The notes beneath the pieces were generated by a model. The model was not told the origin of the DNA. It worked only from the letters and a program-made list of their open reading frames with translations, and did not search any database. Of a stretch of 64,000 bases of DNA, positions 17,276 to 29,736 are shown in pieces. The translations under genes were made by a program, and so were the position numbers. The stretch comes from Bigelowiella natans CCMP2755 (Eukaryota; Protista; Cercozoa): the NCBI GenBank assembly GCA_000320545.1, contig ADNK01001511.1, positions 35,627 to 99,626 on the forward strand. Direction: 5' to 3'. The stretch's first letter is position 1, and every line of letters begins with the position of its first letter.

Positions 17276-18140
17276 AATGTCGTTGTCGTCGATTCTGAGC
17301 GGATGCTTGAGCTTCCAGCAGCAGCTACTATTTTGCCTCCTCCTCCACTGTCCCTGCTGCCATGTCCTTGCTGCTGCTGATGCTGCTGCTGATGGTGTGT
17401 GTCATTTGATCCCCAAGCCCAGTTTTGACGGCGACGATTATTATGATTATGATTATGATTATGGCTACGATTATGATGATGATGCTGCCTTAGAGGGAAG
17501 GGGGTGTGATGCGGAGGAGGCTGTTGTTGCAGATGAACATGCTGATGACGACGATGATGATGATGGTGACTTGGCCGAGCAGATCCTGCTGAAGATCCAC
17601 GATGATGATGATGATGATGGCGATGATGATGATGATGATAAGAAGCTGACATTCCTTTAGACGACACTATTCCTACTGCAGCTGCTGCTGGTACATTTTG
17701 ATTAGGAGCAGATGTAGGCGGTGTTACACCACCTACGGCACCATTGATTCGTAGTTGCTGCTGTTGCTGGTGGTGGTCGTGATGGTCGTAATGGTGAGAA
17801 ACATTATTCATGTTTGCAGATTGATTTTTATTTCCAGAAGCTGCTGCTGCTGCTATTATTTCATATGTGACAGCAGCAGTACTACGATCTCGGTGAATAG
17901 CCATCCCACCATCACCCACACCGCCACCACTAGCACTACCAAACTTTCTCCAGGTTCTTGCATTTACAGGCCTAGGAGCTCGGCAACGGCGACGGTTGCA
18001 TACTCTTCTGGAATCGAAGTTAAAATTTCCACACTCGTGACAGCTCCAACCCAATGTCCCACCACCAGTACTAGGGATACCACCTCCTCCCTCAAAACTA
18101 TTATTATCCTCTCGCACTATAGATCTACTACTCATTCCAT

Positions 18141-18173
<33 letters not shown>

Positions 18174-18581
18174 GGGAATTACTACTACTACTAGTAGTAA
18201 TAGTACTACCGTTCATAATTGCATGTCCACCGCCCTTCTCACTTAAAGAAGAAGAAGAAGGAAAAGAAGTGCCGTGGATACTACTAACTCCTCCAACAGA
18301 AGAAGTTGAAGGAGGGCGGGGAAATCGACAACGCCTCATATTGCATACATTACGACTGGTGAAGTTGAAATTTCCACATCTTGGGCAATTCCATCCTCCT
18401 TTGTGCTGCTGCTGGATGTTTGTATGAGCAGTAGTATCTGTTATCATAGTTTGAGTAGCTTGGTGCAGTCCTCCACCCTCAACTGAGGAGATCTTAGCTG
18501 CTGCTGCTGCTGAGGGTGTGATGGAGAGCGATGATGACTTTTGATGTACCAAGTTATTTCTTGGAAGCAGTGCAGAGTTCC

Positions 18582-18615
<34 letters not shown>

Positions 18616-19330
18616 GCTATTCCCTAACAATTGGTTTGGAGGAGAAATAACAATCCCAAGGGATGGTGATGGTGATGGTGATGATGATGATGATGGCGGC
18701 GGTGGTGGTGGTAGCGATGATGGCGATGATGGCATTGTTTGCTGCTGCTGTTGGTGCTGCTGGGTAGTGATGATGGGCCTGGGAGCACGGCAGCTACGAA
18801 TGTTGCACACTCTGCGAGACTGATAATTGAAGTTTCCACAATCCTGGCAGACCCACCCACGTCTATCTAGCACCACGTGCTCTTTTTGCTGCTGCTGCTC
18901 TCTAATTAGTGTAGGAGGAGGTCCTCCTCCTCTATGGTCAGCTGTAATTCTGCCACCACCTACTACACTACTCAAGCTGCTGCTGCTATTGTGAGTCACT
19001 ACTAACGTTGTATTACTACCACCAGTGCTACTGTTCCCCATTGTACTATTATTGGCCATAGAGGAAACACCGTGGTGGTGGTGATGATGACGATGATGAA
19101 TATGATGACTTCCATTCAAGCTTGTGTTGTGAGTGTGGCCATTATTTGCCGGAAAATTGCCAGATCTTGGAGAAGACGGCAGAGAAATGGGTGTTGGGGA
19201 TGGTCGGGGGGCGCGGCATGTGCGGATATTACAGACACGCCTTGATTGGTAATTAAAGTTTCCACATTCACCTGCCCAAGGGGGGATGGGGGGGAAACTG
19301 AGCATCATATCGTCTTTCCTGGCATCATCG

Positions 19331-19364
<34 letters not shown>

Positions 19365-21306
19365 AAGAATGGAGAGCATTACCACAAGTCCAGCCCTTTC
19401 TATCCTCTCTCTGTTGGGTGCTGGAATGTAGTAGTAGTAGGCCTTGATTACCACCAACTCCTCTGGCAGCTGTCAGATGGTGCTGCTGTCCGCGATGATT
19501 TTGAAGAGAAGGGCATGGGGCACGGCAAGATCGAATGTTGCAAAAAGTTCGCCCATAGAAGTTAAAGTTGCCGCAACTGTGTAGCATACGCAGAAGGAAG
19601 AACATTACGTCAGATTCCGTACAAATGGGAAAATCTGTAAACTATAACAAAATAAGGCTGGATGATATTACAGCAAGAGTACTGTCATATTATAATACAG
19701 CGATATAAAGGACACAGGATTGAGTTGACTAACCGGCCACACGTCCATCCTTTACGACCCTGTATTCTATCCATCGAACGTGACTGTTGGGGGGGGGTAT
19801 TTTTACTCATATATGGCCGCCCTGTTACTGACAGGTCTAGGGTTTCAGAGACAGATAAAAAATCATTTTGATGCCTCTCCCTATTATCTGGACGGGAAGA
19901 TTCCCCCCCCTGCATATCGAGGAGCTCCCTCTCGGGTGGTATCCCCTGCGTGGGGATTGCAGAGAAAACGCGGCCACTAGAATTTCGACTACTTTGACCA
20001 ACCCTAACCATATGCATCCAAAGATTTGACATCAAATTTGTGCTCATACACTAGCCTAAACATCTTTTGTTTTACTCACTGGAAGTCCATTGAGTTAGAA
20101 TGCCATTGAGAAGATGTTGGTCTTTGAGGATTCGAAGACAGATTCGTTGACATCTTAATGTGATTGTTAAGATTGCTATTGAGACCATGGCTGCTCAATC
20201 GATGTCCCTCGGGTTGACTATTCGACTTCAACTGCTGGAAAGATTTTCTTTCAAGCTGAAGATAAACAATACAATAAGAGAAAAATGGACAAAAATACTT
20301 GAATGGATGGGCTACATAGCAGTTCTGGCAGAAGCGATTGATAGTATCGTTGATAAAACCTGGAAAATAAAAACAAGTAAACGAGTTTTTCTTCGCCCGT
20401 TACGTTTCGAGGACAACATTATTCAGGATGAGTCGAACTGACCGCATCTTTCACAAGGCCATTCCATGGTTGCCTTAGGTATCGAGGCAAGAAGTGAATG
20501 TGCAGCATCAACTGATTGATTTTCGGGAACATCATTATCGAGGCCAGTTGAACTCCCTGGAACACTTTTGGGCGCATCAGTCGAAAAGGCTGCTTTGGAA
20601 TCCCCCCCTGCTGAACGAGATCGCACCCCTTTGCAACCGGGAGCGTCACAGTTTGAACTGAGTGGGTCTAAATGGATGATAAGAATTCAAAATCTCGATT
20701 TGTATCTCTTGCATGGCACACACTTACAGTTGATGTTGTCGCATCGAGGGCACTCCCACTCTCCATCCTCCACAATCACCAGACCCAATCCGCTTCCGCC
20801 AGGCTTCCCTGCCCCGTTAGAAATACCGCCAACCCTTCGAGATCCACTCAACACCTCATCTTTTGTTACAGAGGTGGTCAACGACTTCATCCCAGAAGCC
20901 GGGACCTCTGAAGAGGAAAATAGGGGGAGGGTTTGCTCGTTCGAGCGCAGGAAGCCGCAGTGTCCAACACCGTCGCAAAGTATCGACTTGGAAGATGTAA
21001 TGCCATTAGCAGTTGCGACATCGATATGTGCATGTCTCATCAAGATTCTGGAATATTCGAAGTCCAGAAGATTATCCTTCTCGGTCAAACCAAAGACTGC
21101 TTTTAATCTCGAAATTAGTGTAGGGTATCAGCAGAATTGACATATTTTTTTCCCGTATCATTATAAAATACCAGTCTAATTTTATATAAATTTTAGATTT
21201 TCAAGTTGACATTGCTGAAAGATGGGGTTTTTATGGAGAAAATGTTAGTCGGAATACCTCAATAATCTAGCTTGTCTTAGTTCAAATTCCAATGGGTCCT
21301 TTCCAT
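15084..21306 (-). CDS. Multi RanBP2-type zinc-finger protein (7 fingers) with very long low-complexity tail; probable RNA-binding protein
   Basis: Start MEKDPLEFELRQARLLR at 21306; fingers WECPRC, WPCERC, WTCGRC, WTCGEC, WVCQDC, WNCPRC, WSCHEC, five of them with GNFN..R..CN.R.CR.P.P (C-x4-C second knuckle). The 3' end below about 15450 is uncertain. Confidence 0.85.
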
Positions 21307-22506
21307 GTTCGACAAAATTTTGAGGCCGTATTTTGTCTCACATTGGATTTCCTCAGTAAGACCCATTTGTCTACAATGTTTATTCTAAACTGTATTCATG
21401 TGTTAGAATTTGTCTGGGCGACAAAACATTAAGTTGACAAGTTGCCATATAAAATTGTTACCTTCGCTCCGTGGTCGTGAATTCACTGAATTCACTTGTG
21501 AAAAAAGGGCCGGAATCTAACCGAAATTGCAATCAACTTCATTTGCATCAAGGAAGACAAAATGGCCGTTTTTGCTCTGCGACATATTTTCTTGATGCAG
21601 CGTACTTTTTGCTCTACACAATTAAAAGGGCCTGACCTTAACAAATTAAAGAAGGGAAATATTGCACACTTCTCATTACTTTTCTTGGGAAAAATTGCCT
21701 GTGACCACCTGCATAAATTGATCTAAAAAATTGAGTTCCGGTTTTTCTCAGTACATCAAAGTACATTTTTTGGGCAAATTGTTTCAGATTTGTCATAGAA
21801 AGACAAATAATAGTGTGAGTCGTAATTGTGCTTCATGAAATATTTGAATTGAAACGCTGACTCAAAAGGCCGATCGAAGTCTTGTCTTATATGGAGCAGA
21901 CCTTTCGTACAAAAGTTGCCCAAAAAATTCTCATTTATAACTGCGACATATATTTTAGCATGGCGTTTATGATTGAGGAATCCGATTTTACGAATGTGAT
22001 GTGCCGCTCAGGGTATGAAAATTAGTTTCGAACTAAATTGATTATTGTAAGAGCAATAAAGTTTGAATTTAATTGAAATAAAGCAAAAATATTAAGTCGT
22101 TTATAGATAGTAGGCTGTAATTTTGTACAGAATTACAGCCGGTAGCCTGATGGAAAACTTGGAGAAGCGAACCGGCGGGGTTGGAGAAAGCTCCCCTAGG
22201 TTAATCCACATTTGTCGACGCATAGGTATGAAGATGGTGTATGACACCAGCTGAAGAAGAAGAATTTGGCAGTCGCACATCTACCATCATTCGAAAAGAA
22301 CCCAGCGAGCAAGGAGACAGGCAGTTGTAGGCTTCATCATATTTGCAACGGTTCGCGAAAGCTCTAAATCGATTAATTTATTTGTGTGGCTCATTTTTCA
22401 GAGATTGAATGCATCCTAATCAGGTCGGTGGAAGGACCTTAGGCCCCTGCTAAACTTCGCGGGTTAATTAAAAGGATTCAGCTCTAAACAAACTTAAACA
22501 TCCGCC

Positions 22507-24091
22507 GTGTCGTCTTCTGACAACAACTCGAATTTCTTCTCCCTCTTTTCCCCCGCGGATTCGAGTGGAGGGGTGAATGAATATGGCGGTGTTAATGGTA
22601 CAAAACAGCACACGCTGTATGATGACACTTCCTCCAATGGTGATGGAAGGGCTAACCGCAGCCTGGGTAGCTATGGAAGAGATTCGGTGGAATTAAGAGT
22701 CAGCAAGAGAGCATTCGACTGTCCTGAGGTAAAAACCCAAAGCATTTCAATTTCTGCTTATGCTCTTCCATTTCCATTCTAACTATATCGTTTAATTTAT
22801 CACATTAAGGTTGATTTTTGGAATGCTGGAAATGTTGACGAGAATGATGAGCTCAAAATTACAACCTCAGCTCCCTCGTTGGAACAATTTGGGGATGACT
22901 TAAGTTCGACTATCCCGTTGGGAGTAAGAGCATCTCCCTCAGGAGATTTAGCATCGGACACATTGTTACAAAACAAAAAACGAAGGGTACAAAATGCAGG
23001 AAGGGGTGGGGTTGGTTCTGGAGAAGCATCCGTCTCATCTTCGGCGATGATTCTTAAGGGGGGGGATAACAACGAGTCTCCTGATTTCGTAGCTCCGGTT
23101 GAGTGGCGGATGATTAGGAATGAGATAACAAAGGTATAGTTGTACTGCTAGAAGTGATGGTCTCACGAAGAAACAGCTAGATGGTGGTGCAAAATACGAG
23201 CGCAGCTTTATCAATTCTGGCTGGAGCGATTCGACCCCTTACTTCGAAATGTGATGTCTCGTAGTTAAAATTTGATACTTTCAGGATTTGAAAGCCGGCG
23301 AATGGGCCTTCGACTGCAACACCTTGGAGATGTGGTATTAATCAGTTTTATTTATTTTATGCATTTTGTTCTATTTACAGATCTAAAATATTTTCATTTA
23401 CATTTTCAGGTGGTCCGTGGAAATTTTCAGGATATTCAATCTTGACCACAAATATGCTAAACCCAGTTTTGCCTCCTACAAGAAATTACTGCACCCAGTA
23501 AATGTTTAAAAAACAAATGATTAGTCGCAAGATTGACTTTAAGTAATACTAGGATGACAAAGATCTTGTCCTGTTCCTATTCCAAAGAGCACTTGAGAAG
23601 GGCGTTCCTTATGAAGTAGTACTCATTTGAGATATGATATTCCAATCATAACATGTTTCATATTTCTTCAGGTAAGCCACAGATTTACGATGGTTGATGA
23701 TAAAGTCAAGTGGTGCAGAGTAAAGTGTCGTGTTCAACTGGATAGCTCGAAAAATAGTGTCACAAAACTATTTGGGACGATTCAAGGTGACTGATAATAA
23801 AAGATGTCCTCTGTAAGAGGCAAGAGAGGATTCCCCAATATACTTTGGGATTGCTCCTCTGTCTCTAACCTCCTTCTTCCAAACAGATATTACGTTGTGG
23901 TCGAAATCTGTAATTGACGGGAGAAAGGTTAGTTTCAGTTGCGTTCGTACTTCTAGTGTGCGTAATTTGTTTTGTTCTTATCCAGAGCTTGAATGCCATT
24001 GTTGAGGCGAAGCAACAAGATCAACATGGTTACAATTCTTTCTTCATAAAATGTTGGTACATCTTCAGAATACCTCACTACCATTCGTTGA
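22507..24091 (+). CDS. PAS_3/PAC-domain protein without an obvious output domain (start uncertain)
   Basis: Exons 23285-23890 give GEWAFDCNTLEM|WSVEIFRIFNLDHKYAKPSFASYKKLLHP|DDKDLVLFLFQRALEKGVPYE|VSHRFTMVDDKVKWCRVKCRVQLDSSKNSVTKLFGTIQ|DIT, a typical PAS/PAC pattern (HPDD...GT.QDIT); stop TGA at 24089-24091. Confidence 0.8.
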
Positions 24092-24299
24092 CTCAGGTGA
24101 TTCTGTGACAGAAGATCCCACTTGCTCAATTTGCTGAGTTGTGCAAAACGTAGAGCTGTGATTATTAATTTAGATGTAAATACCCATTTACCAACACACA
24201 TAAATGCGATGCGTGGCAATTAAGTTTGCTGCAGCGATACGTACAGCTTGATTGCTCGTACCTGCTGACAATTTGCCAGCGCAGACTTTACGCTGTGGT

Positions 24300-24920
24300 G
24301 TAATACGTTCCACACGACCGCGTATGCGAAGTGACGCAGACTGCGGTTGTGAGAAATCAGCTCTAGAGCTGGAGCAAAACCACAAATTGCACTCATCTAG
24401 TCATGCACATGTGCATCGTGCATGATGTGCTGACGATTGTCATGGCGCTTGTACTCATCATGTTTGCAGATATACATGCAGTGTATAAGTGTGGAGAGTG
24501 GCTGTGTTTGGTTAGCAAGTGTGCATGCGTGCCGCTGTCGCACACATGGTTCTATATGGTATATCGTCATGCTGCGCTACGCGCTAGCGCGATACGATGG
24601 ATGTAATATGGTAGCTTGTCACACAGCAGCATCCTGTGCTCGGCATCTAGCTAGCACTATCTAGAGCACACAGCATGGATATCTAGATTCAACATAGGCA
24701 CGTAGGGTGCGCACTGGTGTCTAGTTGCGTATACGTAGCGTTCTTCCCAATGATTTGCATGTTTCATTACAAAGTACATTGTAAAACTGCACAAGCAAGA
24801 GTGTAGCACGTATTTCATATATCTGATGTGAGGCGTCATGGAAATGTGGCCAACGCAGCTGTCTTCGCTGAGGATGAGATGCACACGCATCACATGCACA
24901 ACCCAATATCCACACACAGA
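24300..24920. other. Partially TpA-depleted, CTAG-rich intergenic island between convergent genes
   Basis: Runs such as catgcacatgtgcatcgtgcatgatgtgc and several CTAG; TA reduced but not absent. Confidence 0.55.
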
Positions 24921-24980
24921 GATGCCTTGAATCTTTCACAAAGGCGAATTTCCCTCCGTATGTTTCACAATTCCCCATCG
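24920..24980 (-). promoter_or_regulatory. Candidate SECIS element in the selenoprotein 3' UTR
   Basis: Minus strand GTGAA-aca-TACGGAGG-GAAATTCG-CCTTTGTG-aa-AGAT: TGAN/NGAN quartet, 8-bp helix, apical AAA 12 nt after the core, outer ttg/caa and gatg/catc pairing; about 160 nt after the stop. Helix II is imperfect. Confidence 0.45.
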
Positions 24981-25129
24981 TGCACAACAACTTTAAACCC
25001 CTCCATCAAACAGAAAACAAGTTGAACGTTTTGCAGCTCTTGCATGCATATTAAACATATTGCAGTACCACGACTAATAGTAAACATCTTATCTCCTTAT
25101 CTCTTGAACAAAAGCACACTAAGTTCCAA

Positions 25130-26154
25130 CTATTCTTTTACTTTCAGTGAATCGATAACATCTCCTATTTCTGGATGATCTCCTACAGAAAGTTAGCATA
25201 GCATTGAAGGGTGAAATTTAATATGTTCAGCATAATATACGAGAACAAATGACCAGGAATTCTATCAGCCCAAGCATATTCAATGCTTTCAGAATTGACG
25301 GCAAAGGTAGCTCCAAGCCTTAAAACCTAGGATAATAGTGCATGAAATGACATGTATCGTTGTTTAGAAGATGAGATCAAAGCACTACGTGATAGTACTA
25401 GTAGTAGCAGTAGTATGCATGAGTTTCTATGTTCTGTCTTTCAAGGTAATAATGGCTCTAAAATGCTCGTTATCAGAGAATGCTCGTCATCAAAGAGTTG
25501 TCGTCATTGTTGCCAATATTTGCCTTCTTGGGAGCAAAGACAGTAGATATATCATCACTATCATTATTACTCCTTCAGGAATCTTGCCAAATGGGAGATC
25601 TTTGGGAACTAATGTCGTTGTATCAAGGGGTCATATTACAATCATGGTGGTGAATAATAATGAAAACGGAAGCTGAGCGGAAAGAACAAAGAGAGGGACA
25701 AAGAGGGAGGGAGGGAGGGAGGGAGAGAGAGAGAGAGGAGAAATGAAAAAAGAAGAATGCAAAAAAGTACAAATACCAGGAGAAATTTTGCCGACATTCA
25801 TGAAATATGACCACCTAAATTAAATAAAACAATATTTTCCCTTGTATGAATGAATCTATTTTTATGTATTAAAATGCTGATCGAGTATCTACTACTACTA
25901 CTATCACCACTAACAGCACACCATCATCATGGGATCAACAACACTCTAAGCAATAGCATCGACAGTAGTCCATAGAAGTGAAGAAAAGGAGAATAATAAC
26001 TACCAGTTTACTCCTGACGGTGGTTTTAGCTCAACATCCTTTTAGAATAATAATAATATTTCTTCGTATAGAATAATAATAATATTTCTTCGTATAGAAT
26101 AATAATAATATTTCTTCGCGTTTTTGAATAATATGTCATCATCCAAGTTGGTGA

Positions 26155-26186
<32 letters not shown>

Positions 26187-28853
26187 CCTTTGCTGCTTCC
26201 ATGTCGTCACCAATTTTCCCTAGGCCAGCCCTGTTATAAGCCTGATTGTTGTCGTAGTTGTGTCAATAATTGCCACGTTGAACAACAATAAATTATTAAG
26301 ATACTTGGCTGAAGAACATGAATTAGGGTGCAAAATCTACTGCTTATTATTAAGCCTTTTGCGAATAATAATACTCAATTAAGCGGGGGGGAAATTATCA
26401 ATTTATTTTACAACGTACGTCGAGAAACGTACATGTAGATGAAGAACAACAGACAGTAGGGGTATTAAGAGATAAATAAGATTACTACGTTGAAGTCTTA
26501 GAAGAGAACAACAGTAGGGTTATTATTAAAAGATAAATAAGTTTACTGCTGCTACTTTGAAATCATATCCGTCGACCAATGCATTCTCTCTTGGGATACG
26601 TGGGTTTAACTCAAGAAATCTGTATATAGCAGTGAGGAGTAGTGCATAGAGGACAAGAAGATTTATAAACCAGAAATATATAGTAGCGAACAGTAGTTGC
26701 GTAGGTTCAGTTGTTGTCAAAACAGTAGTAGTAATGTTATTGCCTCAATTGCTATTACTTTATCCCTACTACTACCAACAACAACTACTACTACTAGTAG
26801 TAGTTTTGCTGTTGTTGGTTATTACTTTTAATACAGTTGCGTTTCTATGCTGCTGCTACTACTACTACTACTACTAGCTGTAGAAACTGCCACAGCAGCG
26901 ACCCTGGTGAATCGCTCACTTTCCAATAATTGATAAGTACAAACCTTGAGAGTTTTTCGTCATCTCCAATTGAGATGAACAGGGGGCCTTTGATGTCAGC
27001 CTGAGGAGGAATAGAATTTAGAATATCATCATATTTATCTGCGGCTATAGTAACGATGTGTTGAGCAAGTCGCTACATGTCATCATGATATCAATATTTT
27101 GTGTACATAGATGACAATAATGATAATGATGTGGTATAAACCTCCTCCAAAGCTGGGATAACGTCAACCCACTTGGCATGACAAACAAGCATGAATATGA
27201 GGATCACATTGGTGTTGATATTATTAATGGTACCGATGATAATTTCAATGAAGTAATGATATTCAACGTTTTTGACGGTACTATGGGGTTGATATTAACA
27301 GTGCTAAGATTTTGAAACCATCTTATTGTCGGTGTTGACTTCCATCAAGGAAGAGATAGAAACTGAATTCTCTTCAATTATTACCGAGTTAGCGTAATCC
27401 CAGCAGTATGGTCACCTATTAATTTAGAGTCGTCGGTGTTATGATGTGTAGCTACCGACTAATTGAAGTCTGAGGGTATGTTATATTCCATCCAATGCAA
27501 CTAGTGAGTAGTGAGTGTTTATCACAACAGTCTTACAAGTATTCTTATTGGAAATTTTAAGCATTCATCTTCAATCAAGTTTTATATATTTATGGTATTG
27601 GTGATGGTGATGATGATAATGATGAAGATGATGAAAGGTTTGTGATAAGCTAAAAACTCGTTCTACTTTTTGTGCTTCTTCTTCTACTACTGCTGCAACT
27701 GACTACTGTTACTAGTTATTACTACTACCCAAGGTGTCTTAGAAATACAACGATTGACTTTCCAGATCCCATCTATATTGAATGATGATGATGATGATGA
27801 TGATGATATTGCGTGTCTAGTCACATGGATGTTGTAAGCAATGGAAATGGGCAAAAAGATATCTTTTCGCTAATTTTTAAATGAAAATATTAGAAATTAG
27901 AAGGGGAAATACGAGCAAAAGGATAAAACAAATGCACACAACTACGTATAATTAATTCTCAGGTTTGACTTTGTCAACATTATCATCATAATGATCATCA
28001 ATCAACTCAACTGAGTCCCCAAGATCTCGGTGCTCCCCGTTAGCATCCAAAAGTGTCATATCCTAAAGCAAACATATGTTTGATGACGACTGGGAATACC
28101 AGCCGATCAGGCTAATGGTCATCGAAAATACCCGCAGGTCTCCAGCTGTCACTTTAATCGGAGAACCCGTCGATTTGATTGTAGCTGTACCTCCGTCACA
28201 ATTACATTGAGCCGTTGATGCTGCTGCTGCTGCTGCTATTGCGTTTCTTCTCGGAAAACTATAGCTTCCACCATGTCTAGCAGCAGCTAATAATAATACA
28301 AAAGGAGGGAAAAGAAAGTCAAGATCAGCGATACTCTCATATCAATATGAGGAAACTGTCTGGGAAAAAGTGTGTATGTAGCAGCAGTAGCAGACATACA
28401 TATTCGAGGTAATAGTAGCTGATCCCTCGTCCTAATCGGAATCATCTTGGAAGCAGCCTGTGCAACGATTTATAAGAGGGATGATGCGATGTCATCCATC
28501 AGCTTTGTCATGATTTCGGCATGGTACTACATTATCATTTTTATTATTATCTACCCATGCTTTCTGAGTAGTAGTAGTAGTAGTACTGCGTCCAAGTAGT
28601 TGGTGGTTACTGTTGAGGTAATAATCGCCTCCGGGTCCCAGCGAAGAAGAAGAAGAGAATATGATCAACGCAACCGTCAAGGCTTGAAGCAAACCCAACT
28701 AAAAATCCGATGAAAAATGAGTATTATAGACAACAATGGTCAAAGGAAATTTGAACGATGAATCAATTCCCGCTTGGGGGTAAGAACAGTGTGCGCTAAG
28801 GGATAAACCGGGAGAAGATATAATCGGGGTATTGAGGCCAGCCTCCTCATCAT
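25130..28853 (-). CDS. Selenoprotein with UxxC motif, AhpC/TSA-like thioredoxin fold (SelU/PRXL2-type), bipartite signal+transit presequence
   Basis: Phase-consistent exons give ..MGSGKSIVVFLRHLG|[TGA 27412-27414]PYCWDYANS|WVDVIPALEE|ADIKGPLFISIGDDEKLSR|FLELNP..|VLRLGATFAVNSESIEYAWADRIPG|DHPEIGDVIDSLKVKE* (TAG 25130-25132). N-terminus MMRRLASIPRLYLLP|LGLLQALTVALIIFSS followed by an S/T/R-rich stretch. Confidence 0.85.
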
Positions 28854-29058
28854 CTTTTTCAAGATGATGATGTGGTCAACAAGCTGGGAGAGCAGTTGTT
28901 TGGTGTAGATGAACGGCTTGTTTTGATCGACGTCCCAGCAATGGATGAATGATGTTGTTCTCTACTACATTCAATGGTGATGAGCAGGACACGTGGTGGT
29001 AGCAAGGAAGAAGTCGGATATACTCATGACAATACTACCTACTACTTCTCTTATTATT

Positions 29059-29094
<36 letters not shown>

Positions 29095-29096
29095 CA

Positions 29097-29256
29097 ACAT
29101 AGCTGGGAAGTCAAGGGCGCGAACAGAATAACTAACTAACTAACGATGAAAAAACATAGCTGGGAAGTCAAAGACGCGAACAGAATAACTAACTAACTAA
29201 CTAACTAACTAATTCGGTGTAACAACATAGCTGGGAAGTCAAGGACGCGAACAGAA

Positions 29257-29293
<37 letters not shown>
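29097..29293. repeat. Three tandem copies of a ~36-nt core followed by (TAAC)n in a divergent promoter
   Basis: acatagctgggaagtcaa(g/a)g(g/a)cgcgaacagaataac at 29097, 29154 and 29225, flanked by (AAC)n. Confidence 0.9.
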
Positions 29294-29334
<41 letters not shown>

Positions 29335-29436
29335 TCAAGTGCACATACCCTACCCTGGGCTTATTTCTTCATCCAACACAATCATACCACCAAGAGGGAA
29401 GGAACCAACCACCCTTAGACTACCGTCGCCATCGGC

Positions 29437-29694
29437 ATGGGGTTGAAGATGATAGGCGGATGCAGGGCGTTGTGGGTTGTGATACTGCTCGTGATCATCA
29501 TCAGTGAGGTCGCTCAGCTTTCACACCACAAGTTTCTATTTACACAATCGTCGTTATCTCATTTGTGCTCTGTAGGAAATGATGTTGTACGTCGATCAGG
29601 TGGTCAACAAAATTACAAATCAAAAACCTCGGATGGCGACGATGAAAGCTACGCCACCATCGGTGCTTTTAGACATCAGTAACAAGCACGGAAA

Positions 29695-29736
<42 letters not shown>

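Noticed and set aside
15835-19605. 1256-aa ORF as a complete single-exon gene
   Set aside because: It starts and ends in introns, reads through a 111-nt intron, and upstream exons to 21306 supply further fingers
24780-24840. Alternative SECIS cores (ATGAC at about 24839 and TTGAT at about 25009 on the minus strand)
   Set aside because: No complementary helix II or correctly placed closing GA could be formed by eye
26043-26118. 3 x 26-nt tandem repeat in a selenoprotein intron (similar short duplications at about 26450-26540, 51920-51985 and 60740-60810)
   Set aside because: Ordinary local slippage duplications with no sign of function
27412-27414. In-frame TGA as a sign of a pseudogene
   Set aside because: It falls exactly on the redox Cys position and all other exons are intact, so Sec is more parsimonious
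29097-29293. Three 36-nt direct repeats resembling a CRISPR array
   Set aside because: Spacers are (TAAC)n microsatellite rather than unique sequence, there are no cas genes, and the context is eukaryotic
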